Below are positions 41,939-56,587 of a stretch of DNA of 64,000 nt, piece after piece (within the stretch, counting starts at the first letter, position 1; each line of letters starts with the position of its first letter). The stretch spans positions 110,546,001 through 110,610,000 of the forward strand of contig OX597815.1 of the NCBI GenBank assembly GCA_951406725.2, written 5' to 3'. The notes beneath the pieces are model-generated. The model saw nothing but the letters and a program-made list of their open reading frames with translations. It did not search any database and had not been told where the DNA came from. Both the position numbers and the translations under genes were made by a program. This DNA comes from Octopus vulgaris. Taxonomy: Eukaryota.

Positions 41939-42574
41939 AAACACTTAAGTATATTTAAATAAGAAGGCCGTTCCGGTGATTGCACAACGGCAAACGTCGT
42001 TTATGGAAATAACGGTGGATCATTCGGTTATGTTTAAACAAACTCACACTCACTTACTAACACATGCAGCACGTATATATCATTGAAATGGTAACTGCGT
42101 TCTAGATTTCTATTTTCAGTTCTATTTTTCCTTTCCTGTTTTCTTTTTCTTTTTTTCTTTTTTCTGTTTTTTTTTTAATCACTCAATTCTAACAATGTTT
42201 CTACATATCTTCGTACAGTCTTCTTGCAATACTGTCCACGCAAACACACTGTCTATAACAACAAGATGAATCGGTGGAGGTCTTAGGTCTTTGAAGAGTT
42301 GATCTGGGGAATTTTATTGCAAGGAACACGTACGAAAATGTGAACGTAAACTTGATTGTAATTTCAAACTAGAATACACACTGACTCGCTCGCTCTCTCG
42401 TTCTCTCGCTCTCTCGTTTTCTCGCTCTCTCTCACTATCTCTCTCTCTCTTTCACACACACCCACACAGACACACACACACACACACGGATATATGAATG
42501 AATGTATGTATATACATATATAGATACATACATACCCACACATGTATAACTATATATATATACATACATGTATA

Positions 42575-42678
<104 letters not shown>

Positions 42679-42739
42679 TTCATATACATATATACATACA
42701 AGCATATATATGTGTATTTATATACATACACACACACAT

Positions 42740-42777
<38 letters not shown>

Positions 42778-43749
42778 GAGTGAGTAGACAAACGGAAGAA
42801 AGTGGGACCCAACACATTTGGTAGGAGTTATATATATAATTTAATAACTATTTGAATTGGCTCCATGCAATTTTAAGGGTGTACGCTCGTCAGGCAAAAC
42901 CTCACTCACACTCATCAATCTCATTATATATAGTGTATATACCTGCACACACACACACATGTAAACACGATGAACCAATCCTGCGTCTTTCTTAACGTTT
43001 GAATGTCCAGGTACTGCATTGACTGAACAGCTTTCTCATTCAATTAACCTGCGAAATGGAACATGTACACTCACAGTAATCGTCGAGCAGCTTCACCGTG
43101 ACATGGTGTGTGAAAAACCTGGACAATGGAATTTAAGACAGTCTAGTCGATGTTCAAGTTCAACAGTGTTTCATCTTCCGTTCAAATTCAATCGCGATGC
43201 TTAGATCGATCCCACTAATGGTCCTTAACAAGATGCCAGGCACTTCGATTGACTATGGAAAATCAGTAATGTGAAGTAAAATTCTCAAACACTTAGCCGT
43301 GATTGCGTGCATATATACATACATTTTGATATGTCAACATCTATACCTACATATCACAAAAACATACACATACACACGCGCGCAAACTGTAGGATTGTTT
43401 AAATCATTTATATATACGATCTGCATATATTATAATTTGATATTGCTGCCCCAAAAATTCTAATTAATAAATAACATCAAGTTAGTACTGATATTTGTTA
43501 GACCACCAGTTGTCTTCTATCGTCTAGTCATAATACAGGCTACCTACACCAGCTTATATTATTCATCAGGAAGAATTCAGGAAAACTGATAGTCACTTGA
43601 AGGCTATTTACAATTTCATGTGTTCCTGCTTGAGTTCATGTAACATGAAAAGTTTGTTTCTACCAAACTTGCATATGCATTCTTTAGTGACTTACATATT
43701 TTTTTTAGTTGTGATACAGCGCAACAATATATGGAGCCATATACATATA

Positions 43750-43797
<48 letters not shown>

Positions 43798-44014
43798 TAT
43801 ATATATATGTATGTGTGTGTGTATGTATGTGTTTGTATGCATACATACACATATATATATATGTAGATATTTGTATGTATATATTAATACTTTGCATATA
43901 CCACGTCCTCGCGTTGTTGCTTTATTCTTGTGATTTTTCTTCGTTTTGTTTTTGGATTAATTAATTATATTTATACATATATACATACACATACACACAC
44001 TCACACAAACGCAC

Positions 44015-44063
<49 letters not shown>

Positions 44064-44239
44064 TATATATATATATATACATGTGTGTATGCATGCATGG
44101 ATACATATATGTACATGTGCATCTACATAAGTTAATACATATTTGTGTCTATATATTAATATAACGATGTATGTATGTATATAAGTATGTGCGTGTATGT
44201 GTATATAAATATACATATATATATATGTATTTGCATATA

Positions 44240-44306
<67 letters not shown>

Positions 44307-45438
44307 GTGTATTAGGTTGTGTATTAGGTTGCCGTAGTATGATGGCATAAGGAAAGTTTCATGGGTATCCTTCTTCTAATATATGATTAAGGGCTTATAT
44401 GTATCAAAAATGAAAAAAGAAACCTGAATCGTCGGTGCAGAATTATGGAGCAATGGTTTGAATCAAATCTAAAGAGTGTCAGCTTTGGTCAACTTGTAAG
44501 GCGTTGATCTAGACTAAGCAGATTAAAAAAAAATGCGAAAAGCAGATTAAACTCAGTTGAGCAGTATCTAAATTAACCGACTTTTTGTTGAGATGGCGAG
44601 CCATTAAAATACTTTATGTTAAGTGGACATACCTAAAAAAGAAAAAAAATCTGTGTAACAGACGGGAATATATTACTAGTTTTGCTCTGTCGCGGAGCTA
44701 TCGATGACTTGATGAATTTCAATGTGAGAGAAATACGAACCTCGGATTATGTTTTTGCGTTATCAATAGCTGATATCAATTTTATAACTTAATTGCTTTA
44801 TCATATCTAAATGTAGATTTATGTAGAATAATATATCAGTATTATTTTAATTAATAAGAGCAAATATACAATGCATGAATCTGATTTCTTTGATGTAAGT
44901 AACATTTTATTATTATTTTCGTATTCAGAATTTCAGTTTTGCCAATAAGGTTTTTAAGTATTAACCGTTTGTTTCTTGTTTTAAAACAACAAAATTTCTT
45001 TGAATAAAGCACTTCAGTTTATTTAAACTAACTCCTTCTTATATCTTATTATTTCATTACTGAAACGATTCGTATATTCTGAAGCTCGGATAAAGAATTA
45101 ATTCATGCATCTTGAAGTTCTTTATCCTCTGTCCAATAAAACGTTCGTCAATTACTTTAGACTAAATTTTCTTTCTTCGTGATTTGATAGATGACAGGAA
45201 CTGCTAATTATGAATATACCTAGTTCTACTATCTTCTGATTCCTGATTATCTTTAAATATTAAGTTACATATACATTTAGCTAACATTTGATACTACAGA
45301 TTAGTCAACAAGTACCCGGATGATGCTGAGAAATCTTGATAACATAGTCTATTTCTTGTCACTCAGTCATTACAATTTTCATTTCAATTCCTTACTTGAA
45401 GAACTTTGGCTCATTTTTTTTCTCTTTTTCATTTATTT

Positions 45439-45672
<234 letters not shown>

Positions 45673-46235
45673 TGCCTAATTTTGTCTTTTGGTGTAATGA
45701 ACTGATTTTCTGATCCCGAAACTGATAACTGACAATCGCTAGCAGTTTATTTTGATTTTATAACATCTCGTCACTATTATTCTTTGAGTCTAAAAATATT
45801 TCCCAACTTGATAATTTACATTCTTTTTAGTTTACTCCATGTTAATATGTTGCTTTGATTCACTTTTTCCAGAAAAATAAACAAAGCAAAATATAATTTT
45901 TTAAAGTTATATACTGAAAATGTTTCGTGTGTCATGAACACCTGTATTTGTCGAGAGGGATAAGCTAAAGGAGGAGATAGGATTTTTCGTTTCTGTTTCT
46001 CGTGTTGATGACAATTAAAGTTTGATCAATCAAAGTCCCCAGTACAATATCAATTTTTGTAAAATTGTTATCATTTTCGAATTTCTTAACATGTCACATG
46101 AAATATGCAGACTTCCTATATCCCAAAATACTAGAAAGATTTAAAGATGTTTGATCAGAAGCTTGTAGTATATTTATCATTTAAAACGAGTCTCAGAAAT
46201 GGTAGAACGTCAAAGTGCCATTTATATATATATAT

Positions 46236-46421
46236 ATCGTTGGCGATTTTCGTTCTCCGTCTTCCCTTCTTTGGACTTTTTCTATATTTCTGACGAAGAG
46301 CTCCTCTCGAAACGTGAAATCCTCTCTCTTTTCTTTCCTTTCCTGAGCGTCCAATAACACTGTACTTGTTCCACGTCCTCGCGTTATTGTTTTTTCTTGT
46401 TTGTTCATGTTTAGATTAACT

Positions 46422-46422
<1 letters not shown>
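46236..46422 (+). mobile_element. Hammerhead-carrying ~200-bp repeat copy
   Basis: Same family as 19065-19262; between (TA)n and (CA)n(TA)n. Confidence 0.75.
46286..46320 (+). ncRNA. Minimal hammerhead motif, probably inactive
   Basis: AUUU-CUGACGA-A-GAG-CUCCU-CUC-GAAA-CG-UG-AAAU; the triplet is GUG, which breaks the NUH rule. Confidence 0.6.
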
Positions 46423-46517
<95 letters not shown>

Positions 46518-47084
46518 TTAGTTACATGTTTCTGTGTTCTAAACTCAGATTCTGGTAAAGGTCAGCAAAATAAATAAAGAATCATCATTTTGAGACGAAC
46601 TTACGATTCCACAACCTTTATGTAATTCTCATTACACACCCTAACTTACAACTAAACTGTACGAATAGGCAATCCCATGTGTTCTGAAAAAAGCTATGAT
46701 ATAAAGGCTGCGGCAAAATCATTGCTTAGAATACCCGCGGGCTCTCATTCCCCATAACACACTGGGAATCCTTTAGTCAAGAAACAAATCAGCTAGCTTG
46801 TGAATATCAATGCAAAAGAGGATAATTTTGTAAACGTTCCATCTGTACATACACCCACGTACACCACTCATGCGCGCACACATAAACGCACACATACATG
46901 CTGTTAATAGAAAGGTCAAGAGATGGTCCTCAACCAATAACGTAGAGTTAAATATATATAATAACACTAACAGCACAAGTGGATTTCTAACAGTTGTTTA
47001 CCAGTTTGCCGTTCCCGCTTTTCAAAACAACATACATACGTACATACTTCCATATATACATATATATATACATACATATATATA

Positions 47085-47134
<50 letters not shown>

Positions 47135-47175
47135 CATATATACACATATATACATATATATATATGTGTGTGTGT

Positions 47176-47220
<45 letters not shown>

Positions 47221-47372
47221 GAATATCAATGTATATGTGTGTATGTATGCATATGTGTCTGTATGCACACACACATATATATATACGCATACATATATAT
47301 TTATGTATATTCATACATATATATATGTGTGTACGTATGTGTGTGTATTCATATATATATTTATATATATAT

Positions 47373-47452
47373 TCTTTTACTTCTTTCAGTCATTTGATTG
47401 CAGCCATGTTGGAGCAGCGCTTTTAGTCGAGCAAATCGACCCGAGGACTTAT
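47373..47452 (-). mobile_element. SINE family A 3' fragment
   Basis: ttttacttctttcagtcatttgattgcagccatgttggagcagcgcttttagtcgagcaaatcgaccc matches 1435-1503. Confidence 0.7.
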
Positions 47453-47471
47453 ATTTTTATACATACATATA

Positions 47472-47670
47472 TAGTGAGAATTTACAAAAAAAACAAAAGA
47501 CGAAGAGGGGTGTGTAAACAATAAACAGATGTATTAATTAGTTTAACGCTCGGGAAGTGAGAAAGTCTTTTACGTTTCGAGCCTACGCTTTTCGACTGAA
47601 AGGAACACAGAAATAAACAGTGAGAGAAAATAGAAAACGATATAGTGGCTAGCGATCTATCATGGCGAAT
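47472..47670 (-). mobile_element. Second short hammerhead-like-carrying repeat (decayed core)
   Basis: Minus strand CUUU-CAGUCGA-A-AAGC-GUAG-GCUC-GAAA-CG-UA-AAAG at 47567-47602; TA repeats on both sides; motif related to 18168-18205. Confidence 0.45.
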
Positions 47671-47675
47671 GTATA

Positions 47676-47740
<65 letters not shown>

Positions 47741-49083
47741 ATATATATATATGTGTGTGTGCATACAAACGCACATGCAGGCACTCGCCCCCACCATATA
47801 TATATATTGAATATATACAGGTGGGATACGTGTGCTTTCTGAGTGAGTGTATGTATATCTATCATTATCGTCTGCGGATTGTTCATTTCTTACTATTGTC
47901 ATTTATCTCGAACTTTAAATCAGCTTATAAACTTTTCTTCACATCTGTCACTTTTCTCTTTGACGTTCGCTTCTGTCTCTTTCTTCTCCCCACCTACTAA
48001 TTCTACTAATACTAATACTACCATTCTTTGGAATAGTAATACTACTAAGAATACTTAGGGTAGTAGTACTAAGTAATAGTAGTGGTAGTTCTTCTCCTTC
48101 TTCGCTCCTTCAATTTCATAGGTTCCATTTTCTTCATGTTCATCAGCGTATATTTCTTCATCAGTTAATTTTAAATTATGTAAAGCTTAAAACAAAAATT
48201 AAAGAAATAAATAAGACTGGAAACAAATTCTATAAAAATAAATAAAATATCAACATTTCAAGCGATAAATGAAGAAATAAAAAGAAATCTTTTAGCTATT
48301 GCAACCTGGAGGGTAGATGTCAGTGTGCTTTCTGCTCAGACGGAAATGCTTCCAGGTAGAAGGCGGAGCTATGTGCAAGATTAAGGAAATATTAAAACGA
48401 AAAGGAGATTCCACGACCTAGCTAATACACATACAAATACGTACACACACACACACACATATTAGATACTCTTGCGTGCAAGAATGCACATATTTTACAC
48501 ACAAGCATCTATAAGATTGCTCACAAATGCATTCACATGCATGCAGACATAAATATACACATAATCACGCATGCATATACATACTCACAGACACAGATCG
48601 ATATATAATTTTTTGGTAATTACTTTTTCAAAATTCGCTTCCGGCTTCTGTAATATTGGTTCAATTGAAATGAATTTTAGCGAATTTCTTCAGTAAATAA
48701 AAAAAAAGAAAAATGAAGTTATAAAAGTCAATGAAATTAATATACTCTTATAAAAGAAAAAAAACATTTCGAAATGAAACCGCAAGACATATAACTTAAC
48801 GGCCATATTACTGTGAATCTTGGAAAGCCTGCATGCATGCCTTTTCGAGCATGTACGCATACACAGAGGAGCACGCGTTTATTCATTATAAACGCACGCT
48901 CGTACCCAACCATATACCGTATATATATATATATATATATATATTTTATTTATATAGAGATGCATGCACACTCATGCACATATCGGTGTGTACTTGTGCG
49001 TATGTATGCACATGTGCATGAATGCACGTAAATATGAATATATAAGTATATGGTATACACACACACCTATATAGATATGCATA

Positions 49084-49140
<57 letters not shown>

Positions 49141-49176
49141 CATACATACATACATACATACACACACACACGCACA

Positions 49177-49412
<236 letters not shown>

Positions 49413-49799
49413 TACATATTTATAAATAAATTACTTCATACGTATATGGTGAACACGCTCGCGCGCACATGCACGTGCACGCGTGCGCACAAACACACCC
49501 ACACGCAAAGACACACACACATTCATCGTACCACATACCTGAGACATATTAATATCGGAACTTTGTACTAAGACACAAAGGAAACTTGAATTGAATGTCT
49601 ATTGGGAACAATAAGTGATCAAGTTATAATTCGTTCGCATAAAATTAAAAATGATAAACAAAAACCGAAATTATTGCTGCTAAATGTCTTTAAGCTACGG
49701 ATGAAAATTATACAGTAATAGATCTTTCAATAGCACGTTTATTGATCAGGAATTTCCAGGATTTTGATCATTCATCACAGTGATGTGTATTTTTCATGC

Positions 49800-49879
<80 letters not shown>

Positions 49880-50044
49880 ATAGGTATGTATGTATGCATT
49901 TTTTCATTATTGTACTTGTTTCAGATAGGTAGATAGATAGGAGTTCAGATATTTACTTTGCTTATAGTTTCACAATCACAACTCTGTGCGTACACACATA
50001 CATACATGTATACATACATAAATACATACAGATATACATACATA

Positions 50045-50160
50045 GAAAAAAAACCCTGTTGTTGATGTTGAAATTCCGATGAAGGAGCCTTGGATCTTGG
50101 TTAGAAACCGGCTACATCTCTATTGTCAAGAAATCTCGAAATAAAACTTAACAATAAAAT
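50045..50160 (+). mobile_element. 3'UTR-only fragment of RLE family 2
   Basis: gttgttgatgttgaaattccgatgaaggagccttggatcttggttagaaaccggct..caagaaatctcgaaataaaact aligns to 36268-36365; flanked by degenerate TACA repeats. Confidence 0.75.
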
Positions 50161-50283
50161 ACATAGGTACATGCATACATGCATAGGTGCATACTTGAAG
50201 CTAGAGATGTATGTATTCATCAATATTTGTATATATGTATCTGTGAATGTATATAATATACATATTTATGTGTGTGTTTGAGT

Positions 50284-50284
<1 letters not shown>

Positions 50285-50368
<84 letters not shown>

Positions 50369-50395
50369 CATCATCATCATTATTATTATCATTAT
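50285..50395. repeat. (TTA)n/(TCA)n microsatellite
   Basis: Direct inspection. Confidence 0.95.
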
Positions 50396-50827
50396 TTCGC
50401 TTTCGCACAGTGATACTAATAAACTGATGTTAGACCTCAATATAAAGATGCGTCAGAACAGAGCGTCAGACGAGCAAAGAGCAGTGTTAAGAAAATAAAA
50501 TGACAAGGGAATAAGAAAGTATGTCATGCACTTTATTAGTTTACAGCTGTTCCTGCAGTTAGATGTAATGCAGCAGTGGTTGTTCAATGCCTGATCTGCG
50601 CTTCAAAAGTGAAGTGCATATATATATATATATATATATATATCCACAGACACACACACACATACATATAGTTGATTATAGGTTAGCTGGCCGAAACTCC
50701 AAATTCACTGTCAGTACTATTTTTGCTAAAATATAATAGATTTGACATAACCCTATAGAATAATGTAAAATTCCGTTTATTATAACAGAACATAACAATA
50801 AACATTACTATATATATATTTATTTTA

Positions 50828-50895
<68 letters not shown>

Positions 50896-51224
50896 CAGAT
50901 ACACATATACATACACATATACATACATACATACATACATACATACATACATACATACATACATACATACATACATACATACATACATACATACATGCAT
51001 ACAAACTTCTGAAACGAAAAGGTCACATATATGTAACGAAGAGGTCACATATATGTAACGAAAGATTTCCGTACAATGGTCGGGCATTGAAATAATGAAA
51101 TAACATTAATAAACAAGTGAAGAAACAAATATCTAGTACGTGTGTTTATTTGGCCAAAATAAAATGACTATCCTGAAATACAACAATATACATATATACA
51201 TACATACATACATACATACATACA

Positions 51225-51261
<37 letters not shown>

Positions 51262-51299
51262 AGATATATACGAGAAAGAAGCAACAAGAATGGATTGGT

Positions 51300-51390
51300 T
51301 TTTAGTACAATTGTTTCATACAAAGACAGGCTTTATTACAAGTTGCAAAAATTGCAGCAGATAAAAGTGTCCCGTACTCATCAGCTAAAA
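51300..51390 (-). ncRNA. Type I hammerhead ribozyme motif (PLE-associated), well formed
   Basis: Minus strand: UUUUAG-CUGAUGA-GUACGGGACA..UGUCUUUGUAU-GAAA-CAAUUG-UA-CUAAAA; 6-bp stem I, intact core, extended stem II, palindromic stem III (ACAAUUGU), GUA cleavage triplet. Confidence 0.8.
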
Positions 51391-51503
51391 TACATTTGAG
51401 TTCTCTAGACATCTTAGTGGGTGAGGTTATACTCATGAAATATTGGAGATAGTTCCATTAGAGGCAGATATAGGTTGTAAACAGTTTTCCAAAGTTCCTT
51501 AAT

Positions 51504-51710
51504 GATGATGCACAGTCTTATCACAGATTTTTAAAAGCTTATTAGTTTCGAAGATAAGATGAATCAATCCATAGTGTAGATTTAAATTTCCAGAGATATG
51601 AGGAGGATGATGCACAGACTTATCACAGGTTTTTAAAGACTTATTACCTTCATAGAAAAGGTGAATTAATCCATAGTGAAGATTTACATTTCCAGTGGTA
51701 AGATGAGGAA
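51504..51710 (+). repeat. ~102-bp diverged tandem duplication
   Basis: gatgatgcacag(t/a)cttatcacag..aatccatagtg.agattta.atttccag occurs twice. Confidence 0.8.
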
Positions 51711-51726
51711 TTTTCAGATTTTATAA

Positions 51727-51765
<39 letters not shown>

Positions 51766-51793
51766 TCTATATATATATAAAGATATATATATA

Positions 51794-51826
<33 letters not shown>

Positions 51827-51829
51827 AAG

Positions 51830-52005
51830 AGAAAGTTAATAATTATTTATTATTAAATTCGTAATCTTTATTTCTCACAGCCTTTTCTATTAATACTCAA
51901 TAATTAAATTACAAATTTGTGATTTAATTGTTGAGTATTAATGGAAACGGCTGTAAGTAGTAAAGTTGACCAATTTGTTAATAATAAATAATTATCAACT
52001 TTCTA
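51830..52005. repeat. ~175-bp imperfect inverted repeat/hairpin
   Basis: aaagttaataattatttattatt..cacagccttttctattaatactcaataattaaattacaa / ttgtgatttaattgttgagtattaatggaaacggctgtaa..aataataaataattatcaacttt. Confidence 0.88.
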
Positions 52006-53151
52006 CTTTCCCTTTTCTTGTATTCATCTAATTGGATATGCACTATATGTTTAATATATACCTATTGTTTTAAGGGAATTTAATTTCCCAAGAACATTAG
52101 GTATCGAACCAATAGTCCCTTGAATGTAACCATCCCTTTATGAGGTTAACATATCCGCTAAATCTCTCTCTTTCTCTCTCTCCCCCTCTCTCTCTGTATA
52201 TATATGTATGTATGTAAGTGTATATATATATATATATATATACATAAACATACATACATATATATATATATACGCACATACATAATACATACATATATAT
52301 ATACATGCGTACACACACACACACACACATTTATATACGTATGTATGTGTATGCCTGTGTGTGTATTAAAGTTTTTCAAACTTTTATACGTTTGAGAGAA
52401 GCTATTCACACACCTCATACAGACTCCTTTTCGGGAATACGGAAAGTTTTTCTTCATTTTGAAGCTATGCCAGTGTCAACTTAAGTGGAGAATGACAACA
52501 AAATGCCTATGCATTGGAAAGAAATAATCAGATAGTGAAAATTAATGGAAAAGTAACCGTTAGAATTTAGTAAAAAAAAATAATTTGGGGGTTGGACATA
52601 GAGACAAAATGGAATATTAGTATGAAGTAATGTGGGGTTAGAATGAAAGGAAAGGGAAGGAAAATTGGTCACTTAAACGTAGGATTCGATTTTTATCAGG
52701 TTAGTTCCGTTATAAATTTCTTTTTTAACACAATTATAGGCACACTCACACATACGCATACACACGCGTGCACAGAGACACTCACATACACACACAAAGT
52801 CACACATAAGCTTCTTTGCTTACTTATATGTAGGACTGGTCGGAATCCAACTTCTGAAATGCATAAATGCACCGTTGTTGGAAAGACAGATATATGCAAC
52901 AGATATATATGTGCGTTGGGTCACAAATAGATTTATGTTCGTCTCTCTTGCATGCATGCACGCACTCGTACATACTTATATATGCATAGCTATTTATGAT
53001 TTTTATTTGCATACAGTAAAGATGCCCGCACAAACTGATATGCGAAGTATTAATACTACCGTTGCTCTCTTAAATACATAATAATTATTCATATTTGTGT
53101 ATGTTTGAATGAGTGTATAATTATTTGTGTATGTGTGCGAAAATGAATGCG

Positions 53152-53188
<37 letters not shown>

Positions 53189-53339
53189 GTATGTATTTAT
53201 GTCTATGTATGTATATCTACATACACACATACACATAAAAAAGCATATATTGAAAAATATTAACATATATTTTATATTAAATATAAAATAATATTAAAAG
53301 AGCAGCTGTATTATTAATGTTAAATACATAAAGTTCTTA

Positions 53340-54330
53340 AAGGATCATTCTTCGTGGATAAAAAGAAGTATGGTGGGGTTAGGAAGTAGAGAATGAGAAG
53401 TGTTTTCTCAAACCTAAAGAAGAACAGTTTCTACAGAAATATGATGCGTTGTTCTTGATGTTTCCTTTTGGAATTGTAGCGTCTTAAGTTGGTGAAAATA
53501 ACGAACTTGTAAATTTCTATAAGGTGTCGCCACCTATGGTGAAAAGTTGTCGATTAATCTCGATTGTGTTGGAAACTGCTGTGAAAAACTTATCGAAGTT
53601 ATCACCCAGGTCACGGTCTATTTCACCAAAATAGAGGATTCTATGTAGTGTGCCTATGATGTGGTGGATACAACTTATAACTAACATTTTTAAGTGATTT
53701 GGTATTGCGGTTTTGTGACGGGACTTATTGAGGTGTTATTTTTGTAGAGATAACTGTTTCATACGTGAAGAAAGTATTTGAAATTGCATGGTTTGGTGTA
53801 GATGAGAGAAAGGGAGCTTCCAACTGAGTTTTTTCCAAATTCGCGTCTCTTTTGAAAGAGATGAAATGCGATATGGCAAATGTCGTAACAGTTATGAAAT
53901 AAGGAAGAAGAAATTGGAAATCAGGGGTTACAGAGGGGTGAGGCATCCAATAGAAGGATAAGCAGATGGAAGGCCAAGGAATGTAGGACTGTATATATAT
54001 ATGTATGTAGAAGGTACATTGAAGAGCAAGGCTTTGTGGAGATCCACAACTGATCGATCGACGTGGGCAGCATTTCGGCCCGCCAACGGTCAACACAATT
54101 CGGGAAATAAAAAAGGAACAAACATTCACTCAGTCCTTTGTGAGATGTTACCACCACAAATAAGAACACGATATACTGGGGTATTTTGGGGATAATGCTA
54201 TTCACAAGTTTCTCATCGTTGGCGTTGATCATGCTTTCAAAAAGGCAATGTACTTAAAAGTAATCAATATTCCTTTCCTTTATACCCGTTATAACCCTCT
54301 ACCACAATTTTTCTCTCTGATTTGTGTTGC
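53340..54330 (-). pseudogene. Highly decayed Penelope-like element ORF remnant (GIY-YIG region)
   Basis: Minus strand ILYFGEIDRDLGDNFDK (53589-53639) resembles LYIGETGRxLxxRFxEH; downstream SKRKHQEQRIIFL resembles the GIY-YIG C-terminal R..E...I motif; multiple stops and frameshifts. Confidence 0.45.
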
Positions 54331-54436
54331 TTAGATTCTTATCCTCTTTCTAACATGCTGCAAAGAATATCAAGAGTATATGAATTTGACGCAGATCCCG
54401 CTAGCCTCATTGGATTACAGTATTTACATGTACGTA

Positions 54437-54491
<55 letters not shown>

Positions 54492-54623
54492 ATACATGCT
54501 CTCACACGCATACGTATAGAAATATTCATTCATACATATGGGTATATATCTATATGTATAAGTATATGCATGTTTGTATATATGTGTATGCATGTGTACA
54601 GATATATGTATATACATATAAAG

Positions 54624-54963
54624 TGAAGGCGCATGGCTCAGTGGCTAGAGCGTCGAGCTTACGATCATGTGGTTGTGAGCTCGAATCTCGGACCGGGCTG
54701 CGTGTTGTGTTCTTGAGTAAGACACTTTATTTCACGTTGCTCCAGTTAACTCAGCTGTAGAAATGAGTTGCGACGTTACAGGTGCCAAGCTGTATCGGCC
54801 CTTGCCTTTCCCTTGGATAACACTGGTGGCGTGGTGAGGGGAGGCCGGTATGCATGGGCTACTGCTGGTCTTCCATAAAAAAAAAACCTTGGCCGGACTT
54901 GTGCCTGGGAGGGTAACTTTCTAGGTGCAATCCCATGGTCAGAGTCGTGACCGAAGTGGGCCT
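54624..54963 (+). mobile_element. SINE family C
   Basis: Colinear, high-identity match to 34079-34421. Confidence 0.85.
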
Positions 54964-56234
54964 CAGGGTCAGACTAAGGCTTCATAATCGTGGACCAGCT
55001 GTATGTAATATGCTGTCTCAATATTTAGTCAATTAATACGTGTCAGCATCGAATGCCTTAATATGCAAATCATAAAAAGCGTTGACAATTGTTCATCATA
55101 TTTGTCGTAAGAAGCTGCAACACAAGCATTAAAATTTATCCACAACTGATGTGTAACATTCTCTCTCACTCTCTTTGTCTTTCTCTCCCATTCTCCCTCG
55201 TCTCTCACGTCCTCCTCTCTCCTTCTCTTTCTCTGTATGTGCGTGTGTGCATATGTAAGTAATACATGTATGTAATCATGTATATATATATATGCATGGT
55301 AAAACTTTGGTAAGTGCCAACACAGCATCTTGAACTATTATTATATTTCATTTGTGGAAGTACAACAAAATATGCATATATATATATATATATAATACAT
55401 ACACCACATACATGCGTGTATGTGTGTGTGTACTTGCATGTATATCCATATGTAAATTTATATATATTATATATACGCACTCGCACATACATGCGTCTTT
55501 GTATGTACAAATATATATATATATGTATAATTTGCAGAGATTGTTTTTCATATATTCTAAATCAGACATTAAATACAGGTGAAAATAATTGGAGAATATT
55601 CCGAGGTAGGAAATCACGAGAAGTAGAACATTACAATAGATATAGAAAAAAATGAAAACAACATAAGTGGAATGACAATTTGTCTGTGGTTCGAATAATG
55701 ATAATGAAAAAAAAAAATGAAAATAAAAGCAGTGACAATAAAAATATTAGTAGTTAAAAAAATATATATGTAAGGAGTATATATGTAATCCCCAAAATGC
55801 ACCATATAAAGGTTCAAAAATATTATATCTTTATTATAAACACGGTCTTTATTTTTTAATAATTATGAAAATATGTTTGATGTTTCATGCTTTGTGTATA
55901 AGTTGTTATTTTGCTGTTAAAGACTCAGTATGTAACTTGTAATTACCAAGAACATTGATTATGGTGGTCGTATTTTTTCCCCACATTTTAAGACAACTAT
56001 TTGCAAGATATACAGGGGACAACATACGTGTTTTCAAATATGTCATTGAAATTAATTTATTTTTTGACTAAACATACGGCTGATTTTTATTGTGACCGTT
56101 TATAGTCGACAACTATCTAGTTTATTGTATAACTGGTTTTCATTCTGAACCAACGAGGGAGTCTCAACGCCGTCGCTCGACAACGAATACCAATGAACAC
56201 AGTTTTTGCCTGCAGATACACACATACACATATT

Positions 56235-56301
<67 letters not shown>

Positions 56302-56587
56302 TTTTCACACACACATAAATTATGTCTATATTTGAGAGAAAAACTCTCAACACATTGTGTTAAGCTATATAATAGCAATTTGATTGACGTTACTTAAAGT
56401 TTCATAGACGTTCCTAAGTTAATATCAAACTTTATACATGTTTTGAGCCCTTCAATCAATGTTTGGTGTTTTTATGCATTCAAAAGCAGTATTCGCACAG
56501 CACACACACATACATGCACGCACGCAAGCACGCACACATGCACGCAAGCACTCACACTCACGCACACACACACATTTTTAAAATTAT

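Noticed and set aside
50070-50125. Hammerhead in the RLE family-2 3'UTR (ccgatga..gaaac)
   Set aside because: Core lacks CUGA in both + strand copies and stems I/III do not form; better read as a 3'UTR stem-loop (ggagcc/ggct).
51021-51063. 21-bp tandem duplication (also a short one at ~10004-10036)
   Set aside because: Ordinary slippage duplications with no further structure.
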